A DNA stretch of 64,000 bases from Catajapyx aquilonaris (Eukaryota). Every line of letters begins with the position of its first letter. Positions within the stretch are counted from its first letter, which is position 1. The stretch lies in the NCBI GenBank assembly GCA_000934665.2, contig KZ538224.1:1-64000 (forward strand), read 5' to 3'. The position numbers were made by a program, and so were the translations under genes. This document shows positions 1 through 12,060 of the stretch, piece by piece. The notes under the pieces are model-generated. The model saw only the letters and a list, made by a program, of their open reading frames with translations. It had not been told where the DNA came from and ran no database searches.

Positions 1-499
1 TGTCCTTTTTTATTTGCAGCCACCTGGCGGCATTTTGCCGAAGCTCTTGGATTCGGCATCGGCTCGCCAGCCTATGTGGATAATGAAATTATGCGAGGGG
101 GAATAGGGAATCCGACGGAATCCATCTTGAAAGTTCAAGGTTGGGTTGGTGGGAGGGGCGAGAAGCTGGTCACGTGGGGGGTTTTATTGCAACTAGTTGT
201 ACAACTAGTTATTTGACAAGTTTCCTAGTGTAAACGGCCCTTAAGCTCTTTGGGTGCAGGACAAGTACATGTATGACCTTGGTATGACATAGGTCCCATA
301 GGTCAAATGAACGCTTGAATGTCCCGCGCCATCCAAGTGTCACACGGGCAGAGAACGTCGTCGCTTTGTCTGTAAGAGAAAAGCCCCACTAATAAATAAT
401 CACGCGGAGGATGAATAATTAGCAAGTGTTTCAGACTCTAAAATAATGAAGATGAAATGAGACCGGGTGGATTTGGGTTGGCAACTTTGATACCTTCCC

Positions 500-509
500 G
501 TCACGTGAC
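500..509. promoter_or_regulatory. Palindromic E-box GTCACGTGAC in the putative promoter of LRR paralog 1
   Basis: Identical cccGTCACGTGACtggcaaga at 18958-18967, upstream of the paralog 4 5' exons. Confidence 0.5.
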
Positions 510-849
510 TGGCAAGATGGCGGATTAGGTGACAGAAAGAACCACGCCTCGCAACAGGTGGTGGTGACAGAGAAGCCCAAAATTGGATCCTAACGGCTGC
601 AGAATAATCTTTTCCAAACGATTCTTCAGGACTGCCTGCCGCACTCATCCGGTCCTGACTCTACACATTGTGAGTCCCCGCACAGAGATTTCTTAAAAGA
701 GTCTGGAATGTTGACGTCACCTTCGCTGTTAGTAGCAGGGTGCGACATGCTTGCGAATGAAAAGAAAACCCATGTCACTCCAAGAGTGAGACGGGTGTTG
801 GCAGGGCACCTCTCTAGTATTGTTATCCTCATCCTCTTGTTGTTTGCAG

Positions 850-970
850 GCGGATCAACTGAAGCGGGTTGGCCAAGGAAAGGAGAACGAAGACCCAGCG
901 GCATACACCGTTGTTGCTGTACACCAACCTGTTGGCTGGTGCGGTGCACTGGGAACAAGATACGTGACTG
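850..970 (+). other. Probable non-coding 5' UTR exon of LRR paralog 1
   Basis: Bounded by ttgttgtttgcag| and |gtgagt. Homologous exons lie at 19302-19424 and from 8508. An upstream donor gtgagt is at 670. Confidence 0.6.
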
Positions 971-1398
971 GTGAGTGTGCCACGGCACGTCTCAGGAGAA
1001 TTGTGCAGTACGGTTGACCAGTGGAATACAAAGAATCAGTGTTATGCCAGGACCTATAGTGCTCACTTGACACTTAGGCTGTTTTCACACGAGGCCTAGT
1101 GTTTTAGTGGGATATTTGCACTTGTGTTTTATTTATCCTTGGCTCTCTGGTACAAGCTTCCTATTATGAATCAGAAGATTATGGTTCCCACAAGTGTAAT
1201 GGGCTGATGCATTTGCATGATATCTTTTATGTACCCCCAAAATTGTGTTTTCTAACCACCAGGGGTACGTGTACCCCAGTTTGAAACCCACTGGTGTAGC
1301 AGAATGGTAATACATAGTGGAAAGATAAGCTGATTGGTGTGTGAACTGTGATTATTATAATCTGCGTGTACTGAAACATTTCATTTATCTTGCAGATC

Positions 1399-2883
1399 AT
1401 GCCAAGGAGAAGGCAGCCTCTAAGTCTCCGGTCCTCAAGCTTGCGTGTTTTGGCCAAGTTAACAGTCGATTCATGCAAAAAGAGTGATGGGAAACAAGAA
1501 GAAGAGATTCGACAGTATGTTCAGGACATCCCAAATACATTTGCAAATGAATACGTTGACCTGGTTTTCCAGTTGAGTTCAAGAGGTACCAATTTCTTTG
1601 ACATTACTAGTGCTTTGCATTCCAAGTGCACGGTGATCAGCAAAAAGGGTGTAGGTCCATATTTCTATTGGCCTCACCAGATCTTATACGGTCTTCATGT
1701 CATGAGAGATCTCATCAATATTGAACCAGGAATTGCTCTATCGGACTCATGTCAAGGTGAATGGGAAGAATTTCCATTCCCCAAAATGACACACTTGCGA
1801 TCAATTGAGTTTTCATTAGATGCCGACCCGCAACTCTTAGCCCCAGTTATGGAAAACTGTCCTCAGTTGGAGAGAATTAAGATAGATGATAACTCACATG
1901 ATGATGCAATGCAATCTACGTTACGGCTTCTCTCAAACTGCAAGCACTTGAAGAGGATTTGTGTTCCTTCCATTACCCCTAAGGTAGCCATACACCTGCT
2001 TGACCATCTTCCCCATCTGGAGGTATTGCAGATAGGGAGTGACTGTATCCTGAAAGTTCTTCGACTATGCAAAGGTGCATATAAGTTGAAGGACTTTGTA
2101 GATGCGCTGAAAGTACATAACGCTGGTTGTCTGCAAAAGGTTGTGACCCATTTTCCATACCTTGAGCAGCTCACCCTGATCATGGATGACAATGTGCGAC
2201 TAAATAGGTTTAGTGGACTAGCCAATCTTAAGAACTTGAAATTATATAATGGGAAGGCTTCAAACCTTCGTTTTCTGATTGACAAATGCAAGTTTGGTCT
2301 CCATGAATTACATTTGGAAGAGGTTACTGGCCTTGAATCTCTCCTAAGACAAAACATGAGTGTGCCATATCCAAATCTCCAGTCTCTGACCATTGAAAAT
2401 TGCACTGGTATCAATCTAGCAGTAATCAGGGAGATTTTTCCCAATCTGAAGTATCTTAAGGCATTTAATTGCGAATACATGTCACATGATCTGCCATGTA
2501 AAATGGCAGCTGCTGGATTTGAGGCACTGGAACATTTGGAAATTGCGGATGTGCCAGTACAACACATGAGGCACCTCATTCCCTTCTGTGGCAACTTGAA
2601 GACTCTTAAAGTGTATATCCCATCTGACATATCCTATCTTTACGAACTTATCAGTTATGCCAACCTGAAGGAGTTGCGCACTCTCTATGTGGAAGATGAC
2701 AGCATGGACAGGCGCATGATTCCAATCATTTTGGATTCATGTGGAGAGTATTTGGAAAAGGTAGACTTGTATAGTAGTGAGATGGTTTTTTCACGTAATG
2801 ATGTACGTGAATTGTCCAGTGAGTTTCAGCAATATGATATGCATGTCTTTATCAACAATTATTATTTTATATACAGGTTCTAA
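1399..2883 (+). CDS. LRR protein, paralog 1 (494 aa), N-terminal BC-box/Cul2-box-like motif; putative CRL2 substrate receptor
   Basis: Single coding exon after the acceptor ttgcag|ATCATG. Repeated LxxLxL motifs (LEVLQI, LKNLKL, LHELHL, LEHLEI). N-terminal SLRSSSLRVL and IPNTFANEYV. Clearly paralogous to three other ORFs in the window. Confidence 0.85.
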   Translation: MPRRRQPLSLRSSSLRVLAKLTVDSCKKSDGKQEEEIRQYVQDIPNTFANEYVDLVFQLSSRGTNFFDITSALHSKCTVISKKGVGPYFYWPHQILYGLHVMRDLINIEPGIALSDSCQGEWEEFPFPKMTHLRSIEFSLDADPQLLAPVMENCPQLERIKIDDNSHDDAMQSTLRLLSNCKHLKRICVPSITPKVAIHLLDHLPHLEVLQIGSDCILKVLRLCKGAYKLKDFVDALKVHNAGCLQKVVTHFPYLEQLTLIMDDNVRLNRFSGLANLKNLKLYNGKASNLRFLIDKCKFGLHELHLEEVTGLESLLRQNMSVPYPNLQSLTIENCTGINLAVIREIFPNLKYLKAFNCEYMSHDLPCKMAAAGFEALEHLEIADVPVQHMRHLIPFCGNLKTLKVYIPSDISYLYELISYANLKELRTLYVEDDSMDRRMIPIILDSCGEYLEKVDLYSSEMVFSRNDVRELSSEFQQYDMHVFINNYYFIYRF

Positions 2884-3396
2884 ATGAAATAAGTGCTCAT
2901 TTTTGAGGAATGATAGAGTGACTCTAGGAATATTTTTTGCCAATACACTTGGTGCCCCAGAAGTGTCATTCAGTCAGAAAGTGAGGGCTTGTCATGCGTC
3001 ATACAAACATGTCAAACTTTGTAAGTGATACCGTAGTAATACCGTAGTAACCGGCATGGTAACCATGTTTACAAATATTTAGACATGTGCGTGTGACGCT
3101 TTGCAAACCATCAACTGTTGAAGAATTGTTACCATGGTGGTTACTAAGATTTAGAGTCATGCCTGTGGAGTGTTACCCTGGTGTTGCAAAATAGTTAAAT
3201 GTTGTAGTAGTATGGTTACCATCATATCACTGTGGGTACTACTACGTGTTTGTGTGACGCATGACAAACCCTCCTTTTCTGACTTAACGACGTGTTTGTG
3301 GCACCAAGTGTATTAGCAGAAAATGATTTTCTTACGAGTCACTCCTCATTCCTCATTCCTCAAAAAATGTGCACTTATTTCAATTATTACACCCTG
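2874..3396. mobile_element. Tc1/mariner-like MITE with long inverted arms, TA target duplication
   Basis: ta|CAGG...CCTG|ta termini. Arms ~2884-3020 and ~3250-3382 are reverse complements (e.g. aatacacttggtgcc / ggcaccaagtgtatt). Confidence 0.75.
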
Positions 3397-4699
3397 TATA
3401 ATTCCAATAATGCTGATTTAACTGATGAACCTCAGGGTGCTCGTGGTAATGAGAGTTATTGCCACAGAACAATGAAATGTGATCTTCAGTGATCATGTGC
3501 ATTTATGAAAATGAGGAAGTTGCCATAGCTCTTGAGAACCTACTCAGCTGCTCTATAACGATCTTTTGTTCCTTCAGCGCAGGAAAGGAAATGGTATTTA
3601 AATGAGTTGCGCTGAAGATGACTGAATATGTGTTATATTCCAAGGTATTTCCATGTAACCGTACCTACCTGAGCAGCTTCAATATATCGATGTGTAATGT
3701 ATGTTACCATTCTCTGTGAGTTTTGGAAGTATAGTATTGTTGAACTGTTCCATTTTGTACCTTTTTTACTTCGATGATATTAAAGTGAACTATTTGGTCT
3801 AAATGGTGGATAACAATTCTGCATTGGTCTGTGCAAATCTCTCCTGTCCAGTGGCTAGATACTTCCCAATACCTTGCCGTTGAACTCTCACCTGCACCGT
3901 TTATAGTTGGAATGAACAGTACCAACATTACCCCCATAATCCTAAATTATGAAGCATGCAGATTAAGCAATGTGACATCCACTTTTGAGTTCAGAAGTCA
4001 TGATTTGAGCTCCTGTGACAGTCATCCTTTGTTGTATCCACAAGCATTACATTTGTGAAAATAAACCTGTAACTTCTTAATGCAAGCCGGATCCATTAAT
4101 GTGGAAATTTTGTACCTGTCACTGACTCAAATATGCAGCCTGAGGGAAAGACCCACTAAAACCAGATTGATGAGCAAAAGACTTGGCCAGATATGGATAA
4201 ACAGTGAAACTTGTAAACACTGAAGAGCTTCAATACTTGGAGAATTTACATTTTCATTAACCGCAGGTGTCAGGTGTTGCAAGAGATATAAGCCGAGACG
4301 TTTAACAAATGGACCTCGCTGGGTGACACATATGCAAAAAAATAATTGAGAATCCCAACCCAAGTGTAACAAGTGTTGGGCAAGGTTCCACTAACTTCCA
4401 TGTTCCGTCACAGACATGTTTCACTGTCATTGCAGTCCAATTTTAAATGGCATCACAAAATACTTTATTGTGTCAAACATCACAGTACAGTAATTACAAA
4501 GTTATTACTGTATTACATAAAATGTATGTTCATCTGGCATGAATATTTCTATAGAAAGGGTAATATTCCATGTCAGTTCATCCAGGTATGTCATCCACTG
4601 TAAACAGTGTACTGAGAAACTAATAGCCTGAAAATTTCAGCTTCCTAGCTCTTATAGTTCTTGAGTTATGGCTAGGCAGTGACGTATTTAGGTTTTTGC

Positions 4700-5400
4700 C
4701 ACCCCTAGGCATAGCCTGGGTGGGAGATGTATCAGACTCGCTGTCAGCCCTCTTGACTTCAGTTGACCCCAGGATTCAAACAGCGGCGGCGGCCCGAGCA
4801 AGGAGGATCCTGAGGACGATTCCAGTGACTGTGTCCCTGTTTTGGGTGAAGGGTCATGCTTATACTGGACAACGAGCGGGCTGACGAGGAGGCGAAGCAT
4901 GCAGCGGACCAGTTGGTTGACCAGGTTTTCTTGCCGGAGCGGAGGAAGGAGATGATACTGAAAGTTGAGCATCACGCTATGGAGTTATGGCAAACCAGAT
5001 GGGATGTGGCGGGAAAGCCATGGAGTCATATGACTTCATGCCTTTGGTTGATGTCAACAGGCATGTCCATGGACATGTTGCCAGATTCATATCTGGACAT
5101 GGTCAATACCATGCTCATATTGTTAGCTGCAAAGGAGGGAAGATGGACAAGAAGGATGACCTCTGTCCGTGTGGCCTGGGGAAGCGCAGGATGCTGGGCA
5201 CATCTTGTGGCACTGCCGGATTCCCGAGATACTAAGGGCACGGGGTCAACTTATTAGTTGCAGCGGTCTCCAGAAGGTTGGGCTGGCTATTAGCAGAGGG
5301 GTCTTCATCAATTTCACAGCTAATTTTAACGACTTCTGCTTAGAGGTGGCAGGACTCAACGCAACCTTTGGGGTCTCTGGTGAGGTTCAGGGGGGACTGT
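4700..5400 (+). mobile_element. Degenerate non-LTR retrotransposon 3' fragment (RNase H plus Cys/His knuckle)
   Basis: Frameshifted pieces FWVKGH, NERADEEAK, WQTRWD, FISGHG, CPCG and HILWHC in the expected order. Confidence 0.8.
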
Positions 5401-6370
5401 AGTTCCTGACTCAGGCTCTGGCTGACGGTGCTGGTATAGTGATGATGACAGACTGATGGCTGTGCATCTTGATGGTGGATGAACTGATATTATTTTGTTG
5501 TTTCTGAATTATTTTTGTACTGACCTGGTGTTTATTTCATGAATAAATGGGGAAGTAGGGGTTGCGGGGCCAAATTGACCAGTTCAGCCCGGAATTCCAT
5601 ACACAGTTGTATACATATGACCCAGCACTTACGAGATATGAGCACGTACTTATTCATATCATAGATTGATCCATATGAAGTCTTTTATGGGCAGAGAGCA
5701 CCTCACTGTCACAAATCCACGTAACCCCATATCTCTCAATTTGCTGGAAATGTAATGCTCAATCACCGAAACAAGTAGTTGAGTACCACATTGTGCAGCA
5801 TCCAGGTCGTAACGTCTCCCTGTTCTGTTGCCACTGTTAGATGATGACCTAAAACTATATTGTGCAGCAGCTGTCAGTAACCTTGACCAATTCTGGCTGT
5901 AACAGGCTGAGGATCTTTGACGAGATGGGTATATATCGGTACTGTGGCATTTAATCTACTAAACCTGTCCGCGTAAGTGGTATAAAACTTTTTTGTAGAT
6001 TCCACACCTGTAAAATGTAGGCTTCATCTCTTCTATCCTCTTGATAAAATCAATACAGTAAGTGTAAAAAGTAATGCAAACATTGTTCTCAGCAAGGTGC
6101 TCTAAGATAAAAATGTCTGTTGACTACAGTACTGGAAGGCCTGATTACTTGACAAAATATGCCATTATTTCCTACAAGGTAATGTGGCCTTGACCCACAG
6201 CCACGTTCCTTGGAATGGTATTGCAACCTGTCCTCAAAAATTATCAAATGGGAAGATAGGTTGAACGTTTACGAAAGACCAACTAGGGCTGGGTAAGTAG
6301 TAAATTGAATATTTGCCCTGTTCCATTGTCAGCTTCAATTTTCCAGAGCAAAACTCAGTCATTGAGCAAG

Positions 6371-6652
6371 CCGGCACTGGTGGTCTGGTGGTTAGCGCTC
6401 TCACCTCTAGTCCCAAAGTTGTAGGTTCGAACCCTGCTGAGGTTGGTGACTATTTTCTCCGGGTAGTAGAAAAGTGATAGTGTGACTTCCTTCGGAGGGG
6501 AAGTAAAGCTGTCGGTCCCATGTGCTTGTGACATTGCGCGAGTGCACGTTAAAGATCCCCAGAGTGGCCAAATTTCCAGGAGGAGGACCACCCCCTGGCG
6601 TTGGTGTTTAGCCTTAGCAGCAGACATAGACCGACGTTAAGCCCCCCACTAA
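6371..6652 (+). mobile_element. tRNA-derived SINE
   Basis: A-box (tggtctggtgg) and B-box (ggttcgaaccc). Flanked by the 14-bp direct repeat agtcattgagcaag at 6357-6370 and 6653-6666. Confidence 0.85.
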
Positions 6653-6905
6653 AGTCATTGAGCAAGGGTCTCCTGTCTTGCCTTCTGTTTAATAAGGGTC
6701 TCAGGCAAATTAACTCACTACTATAATCTTCAGTAGCATAATTTTTACTATGTAACCATCACATAATGAATGCTTACAAATATCTTCAAATTAACTGTTG
6801 GGCTAAGGTATGAAAATTAACATAGACTTCTCATCTGTCAATACTTGTTGGTTTATGAATGCCCTAAAAACAGTAGTCTATCACCCAACAAATCAATAAG
6901 ATTAT

Positions 6906-7146
6906 TGAGTAGGTCATTATCAAAATCGGCCCATCATCTTCTGTAGATATCCTTCAGAAAACAGGAATTTCAGATTTAGCGAGTCTTTTCATGGCCCAGC
7001 TAGTGACCTTATTGGCTGATGGGAGGTGTGCCAATTTTGGAATTGTTCCATACATTGGAGATACGAATTTAGCATTGATGCCTGTAACCACAAATAACAC
7101 AGTTTAGACACCATGAAACAGCCCGGTTTTGATAATGACCTACTCA
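6906..7146. mobile_element. MITE
   Basis: Perfect 20-bp terminal inverted repeat tgagtaggtcattatcaaaa / ttttgataatgacctactca. Confidence 0.65.
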
Positions 7147-7960
7147 TGTCTCTCTCGGAACTGCGAATCAGACGCGAAACACATTTATTATAATTTTTTT
7201 ATTCATTATTGCACATAAATTGCACAAAAATGTTGACCCAAAGCTCGCAACCCCTAGGTTGTGACACTTGCCTTGGACAAATACCGCCCTAACCCACCCA
7301 ATGACACAAATTGAGTTTCTCACACTTCCATGTACGTACTACACTAAAGTATCTAATAAATCCACTGAGATGGTGCAGTTTCTGCCATATATTGGTCACT
7401 GAGAAATTAAATGAAATGAGTCATATGGTTTATGTGTTATTTTCACCTTCAGTTTTCTGAAAATCAGGTTTGCGTGGTTTAGAGCGATATCACACCAACC
7501 CATTCCATTTTCAGTTGTAAAATGCTCCTGATTTTTTTTTTTTTTTTTTACATCTTTTCAATTGATATTTAATCTGCTGTACAGTACATGCCCTATTAGT
7601 GCAAGACATCATCCACTACCCATGCAACGAATCTCGTTTAACAAAATGAAGCAAGACAACCTCAACCATGACGAGATCTATTATCACATCCACTCAAGCC
7701 GGACGTGGCGTCTGCCTTCCAAGTGTGACAACAGCATTTCCACCACCTGGAAACAGTAGTTATTCAGCTTCTTATTCATTACCTGCAATGAATATAAAAT
7801 TATGTAGTTGATACAGTACAAGATTTTCACAGAGGCGAAATTGGCATTATTATTTTCGCTACGTCTACTACACTCTCCAACTTGGTGATTTAGCTGAAAT
7901 GGTCCTTATGGACTAACTCACAACTAATTTTTCCATTGAAATTTCAGTTCCATTAAATTA

Positions 7961-8079
7961 CACTGGGTGGAATTTCCGTCGTACTACTTAGCAGTACTGT
8001 ACCACATTGCATTGCACTGGTACTGCTAAGTGAAAAGTAACTAGTAGTGGCACGGGCACGACGGAAATTCATCCCACTG
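7961..8079. repeat. Short palindromic MITE-like element
   Basis: gaatttccgtcgt / acgacggaaattc inverted pair plus an inner acttagcagtac / gtactgctaagt pair. Confidence 0.5.
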
Positions 8080-8507
8080 ACACGAACCCGCACAGAAAAC
8101 TAAATAATTCACAGTCGCCATCTTGGAGAGGGCGTGTTTCCTATCGCTGTCTCAGGAACAGTCCGCAGGGTGCGTTCTGGTCGTCGGTTTCAATGGAATG
8201 TCCAGTGTTGGAAACAAGGCCCATTTTGTTCATCTCCAGAACAGAGACCGTCCAGAAGGTGACAGACAGGAAGCCAGACAGGAAGCCAGACAGGAAGCCT
8301 TGCTGGAAGCGTGGCCATCAGAAGAAAGGACATCAGAAGAAAAAGGGACAAAGGGTACTAGGTGGGACGCATCTTTCACCCGTCGGCGCGTCGGTATTCT
8401 CTGGCCCTGTCTTTGCGCCTTGCTACCCGTGAGTCCATACTGCAACTCAGAGTGAGACGGCTGCAGGACGCGTCTTTATATTGTTATCCTCCTCCTGTGG
8501 TTTGCAG

Positions 8508-8616
8508 GCAGATCAACTGAACGGGTTGGAGGAAAGGAGAGGCCTCCTGCTACTCTGCTGCTGGCTGGTGTGGACTGGAAGTGACTGGTGTGCCACGAGG
8601 AGGTGGCTTACTTCAG
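8508..8616 (+). other. Probable non-coding 5' UTR exon of LRR paralog 2
   Basis: Degenerate homolog of the 850-970 exon (tttgcag|GCAGATCAACTGAA). Upstream donor at 8429. The 3' boundary is uncertain. Confidence 0.45.
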
Positions 8617-9140
8617 GTAACTTATTGCGTCTGCACCGTTGCTTCATTGACAACCTTTGTGGAGTGGCGCAGGACAAGAAATAAGCCACTCGCTTTTTTC
8701 TAGGCCTGCGACCTGGGGTGGTGGGGGCCGTATTTGTAATCGGACTTACTGCCACTGATGAGACCATCCCCCAATCATATTCACTGTTCCTCCGTTTTAA
8801 AGTGCATTGGCATAACCGTGATTCTGTATTGTAGTCTGGGCCCTAAGCGCAAAAATCAGGCCTAATCTTGCACTTTGTGATAAGAAGGTGCCACTTGGTA
8901 CATATGTTCCTTAGCCTATAGGAGCAATTTCAGAGTTGCAGGCAACGGGGCTGGCTCAGGCACTAACCGGTAGGGCGGCGCTAGTGGGCGAAAGGTTATA
9001 GTTTAGAGTATCGTCAGGAGTGAATACTGGTATTGTCCCGTCTACATTTCCATACAAGATGTGATTTCTGTTCACTTTCTGTTGGAGATGAAGCTCGAAC
9101 CTTGCTGCCACAGTACGAAGCAAAGGTCCGAACAAGCAAA

Positions 9141-9329
9141 ATGCGACAGTACTGTTGTGTACCGAGTTGCCGGTGCAACATTTCCGGCCATCAATTTCCC
9201 AAAAACCCATCGCTTCGGAAACAGTGGCGAGTTGCCATCAAACGCGTGGATTCACGTACTGGAAATCTTTGAGATCAGGCTGTTCATGACGTTGTCTGCC
9301 ATTTGCACTTCAAACCTGAGGACTACAGA
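9141..9329 (+). pseudogene. THAP zinc-finger domain relic
   Basis: MRQYCCVPSC...HQFPKNPSLRKQWRVAIKR...*DQAVHDVVCHLHFKPEDY shows the C2CH signature with an in-frame TGA at 9270. Confidence 0.8.
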
Positions 9330-9584
9330 ATTTGCGAGTTTGCGGTCGACGTGACCCTTTTGGTTTTGGTCTAGTCACGCCAAAATATATTTTCGACCCG
9401 TTTTTTCTTTCTTTCTTCTCTCCTTATGTTCGCCCCTGCATCCTCTCCTTGCTGGGGCAAATATACAGTCATGCTATGGGCAAGGTGGGGCAGGCCCCGG
9501 GCCCAGACGGATCGGGTACGGGCAGAATGGGTGGGTTTGGCCGCTGGGAGAGCGAGGCATAGCGGGCTCAAGGAGGAGTGGGGT

Positions 9585-10150
9585 CCACTCGCAGGGTTAC
9601 CTCTGAAAATTCATTACGGCCAATCTAGGGGTCGCCCTGGTTTGACAGTATCCCCGTTGTCGAGAGGAGATTCCGACGATGCTGTCAAGGTCCATATCGG
9701 CCATAAATAACCACGGTTTATTTTACTGGAGAATTTAATAGCGAATATGAGGGTAAAAAGTGGGACATAGAGCCTCTGGGAGGGTGAGAATCTGGCGGGC
9801 TGTAACCCAACGGGTCCAGAGTGCAGGGTTGTCTCTGAAAATTCATTCCGGCCAAACTGGGGGTCGCACGGGTGTGACAGTGCCCAAGTCGTCGAGGGGA
9901 GATTCCGACGTTTCCGTCTATGGCCATATCGGCCATAAATAACATCTGGTTCATTTACGGGGGAATTTTATTTTTTTCTTCTTCCCCTCTTATTCGATAT
10001 TAAATTCTCAAGTAAAATAACCGCCCGGTATTTACGGCTTATGTGGACATTGACGGAATCCTCGGAATCTCCTCTCGACGATGGGAGCACTGTCACACCA
10101 GGGCGACTCCCAGTTTGGGCGGAATGAATTTTTAGAGGCAACCCTGCACT
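9585..10150. repeat. Three copies of a ~130-bp unit (two direct, one inverted) inside the THAP element
   Basis: ctctgaaaattcatt...gattccgacg...ccatatcggccataaata at ~9600 and ~9832; reverse complement at ~10028-10140. Confidence 0.7.
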
Positions 10151-11065
10151 CTCCACCCGTGCATGCGGCCCGTAGAGAGAGAAAAACAATAACCTTACGC
10201 ACACTAACGCCACCTGTCGGCCGAACTTTCGGTGAGCCAGCCCTACTGATCGGCCCCTTAGGTCACGAGTTATGCGGTGTTGCTAACCTGATCAGGGAAC
10301 TAAGCGTTTTAACTCGGCACTTTGTGATAAGAAGATGCCACTTGGCAGACATGTTCCCTAGGTGTATAGGATCCATTTGAGAGATGGCGGCACTTGATCC
10401 GCTCCTTAGGTCAGGACACTCAGGAGTTATGCGGTGTTGCCAACCGGGTCAGGAACCTAAGCATAACTGCATAACTCGTGACCTAAGAGGCAGATCAGGT
10501 GCCACCAACTCTCAAATGGAACCTCTAGGCCTGGGGAACATGCTTGCCAAAATCCCAAAATGCAAAGTTAAAAAGGGTTCAAAACGCTTATTTCCTCACC
10601 AGGTTGGCAACACCGCATAACTCCTGACCTAAGGAGCCGATCAAGTGCCGCCGTCTCTCAAACGACTCCTACAGACCTAGGGAACATATGTGCCAAGCAG
10701 TACCTTCTTATCACAAAATGCAACGTTAAAAACGCTCAGGTCATCCCCGGCCATGTTGGCAACACCGCATAACTCGTGACCTAAGGGGCCGATCAGTTGC
10801 CTGCAACTCTGGAATTGCTCCTATAGGCCTAAGGAACATATGTGCCAAGTGGCACCTTCTTATCACAAAGTGCAAGGTTAAGACGCTTAGGGCCCGGACT
10901 ATTAGAATAAGCCCTTCCAAATTCGACCACAATTTGCGATGAAGAGAAACGTAACAATTATGGTAGGCTGCATTTATCGCAGTTTCCTAATTTGGGGTGC
11001 AAACTGAGTCACTGTATTTCCCCCTAACAGTTGAGTAGAAAACGCCTATCCCCTGCGACAGTCCC

Positions 11066-11606
11066 ATACAAGGGAAGGTCATGGGGTGATAATGACGGAT
11101 CTTGATGAAATTTAACAGGCTAATACAGGACAATATATGATACCCAAATATGAAATATTTCGGGCGGAGGCCCATATTTGCAAAAGTTCTGATGTCTTAA
11201 AGTTCCAAAAATAATACATTTTATTCATACACAATGGGATTACATTAGCGACCACATATAAGACCACATTGAAGTGTGTAATCAGTTTCTGCACTCTTAC
11301 GGTTTAGGCCTTCATACCTGTCCACAGACGGACGGACGGACAGAGCCGTTCTGTAGGACTTTTTCCGATGAGAAAAAGCGTAGAAACTGATTACACACTT
11401 CAATGTCATTATATGTGGTCGCTAATGTAATCCCATTGTGTATGAATAAAATGTATTATTTTTGGAACTTTCAGACGTCAGAACTTTTGCAAATATGGGC
11501 CTCCGCACGAAATATTTCATTTTTGGGTATCATATTATATTGTCCTATATTAGCATGTTAAATTTCATCAAGATCCGTCATTATCACCCCGTGACCTTCC
11601 CTTGTA
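11066..11606. repeat. Large inverted repeat (~225-bp arms, ~90-bp spacer containing GACG microsatellite)
   Basis: 11066-11290 is the near-perfect reverse complement of 11382-11606. The spacer ctcttacggtttaggcc...cacagacggacggac recurs at ~40504 and, inverted, at ~41820. Confidence 0.8.
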
Positions 11607-11703
11607 AGTAATTTTTTGGCTGCCTCGCCCATATCTAGCAACACATCCCTAAGCAACCGGCAATAAATTGCACGCATTTTGAGCTGATATTTTATGAGCT
11701 TAA

Positions 11704-11850
11704 GGGCCGTTTTCTCGAACAGTGGTTCAGATGTAAACCCGGTTCAAAGCCGGTTTAAACCCTTGACAACAGCCTAACAACAATCAAATCAGGGATTAAA
11801 CTGGCTTTGAACCCAGTTTACATTTGAACCACTGTTCGAGAAAACGGCCC
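11704..11850. mobile_element. PIF/Harbinger-type palindromic MITE
   Basis: TAA|GGGCCGTTTTCTCGAACAGTGG...CCACTGTTCGAGAAAACGGCCC|TAA; 3-bp TAA target duplication. Confidence 0.8.
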
Positions 11851-12060
11851 TAAACTAAAGAAATGTGCTGCCTTCAGCGATGGATTTACAAACCCATATC
11901 TTCAGTATAGGCCTATTCCCCATGCACATCCTCTACTCACATGGACTTGCATACGTGCCTGTATCTAAATCATCAGCGCACTTTCTGAGCAGGTTTTTCT
12001 TTCTGTTCATAATCCCCTGCTTTATTATAAACGTCCATGGAACTTCGCAGTGTTTGTAAA

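Larger units (their letters stand above)
8832..10901. mobile_element. Non-autonomous DNA transposon with ~110-bp TIRs, subterminal repeats and a THAP relic
   Basis: 8832-8945 is the reverse complement of ~10795-10901. Further copies of the same unit occur at 10250-10790. Confidence 0.75.

Noticed and set aside
708..974. Small secreted or Cys-rich peptide ORF (also 19202-19504)
   Set aside because: The hydrophobic 'signal peptide' is the translated polypyrimidine tract of a splice acceptor. Both ORFs cross predicted intron/exon boundaries and lack a shared ATG start.
1863..2630. 255-aa antisense ORF
   Set aside because: Shadow of the LRR CDS; broken by stops in the other paralogs.
6371..6445. 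tRNA gene
   Set aside because: The tRNA-like head continues into a SINE body flanked by a target duplication; the acceptor stem is not convincing.
9585..10901. CRISPR-like repeat array
   Set aside because: Units are >100 bp, degenerate and in mixed orientation within a eukaryotic transposon; no regular spacers or cas genes.
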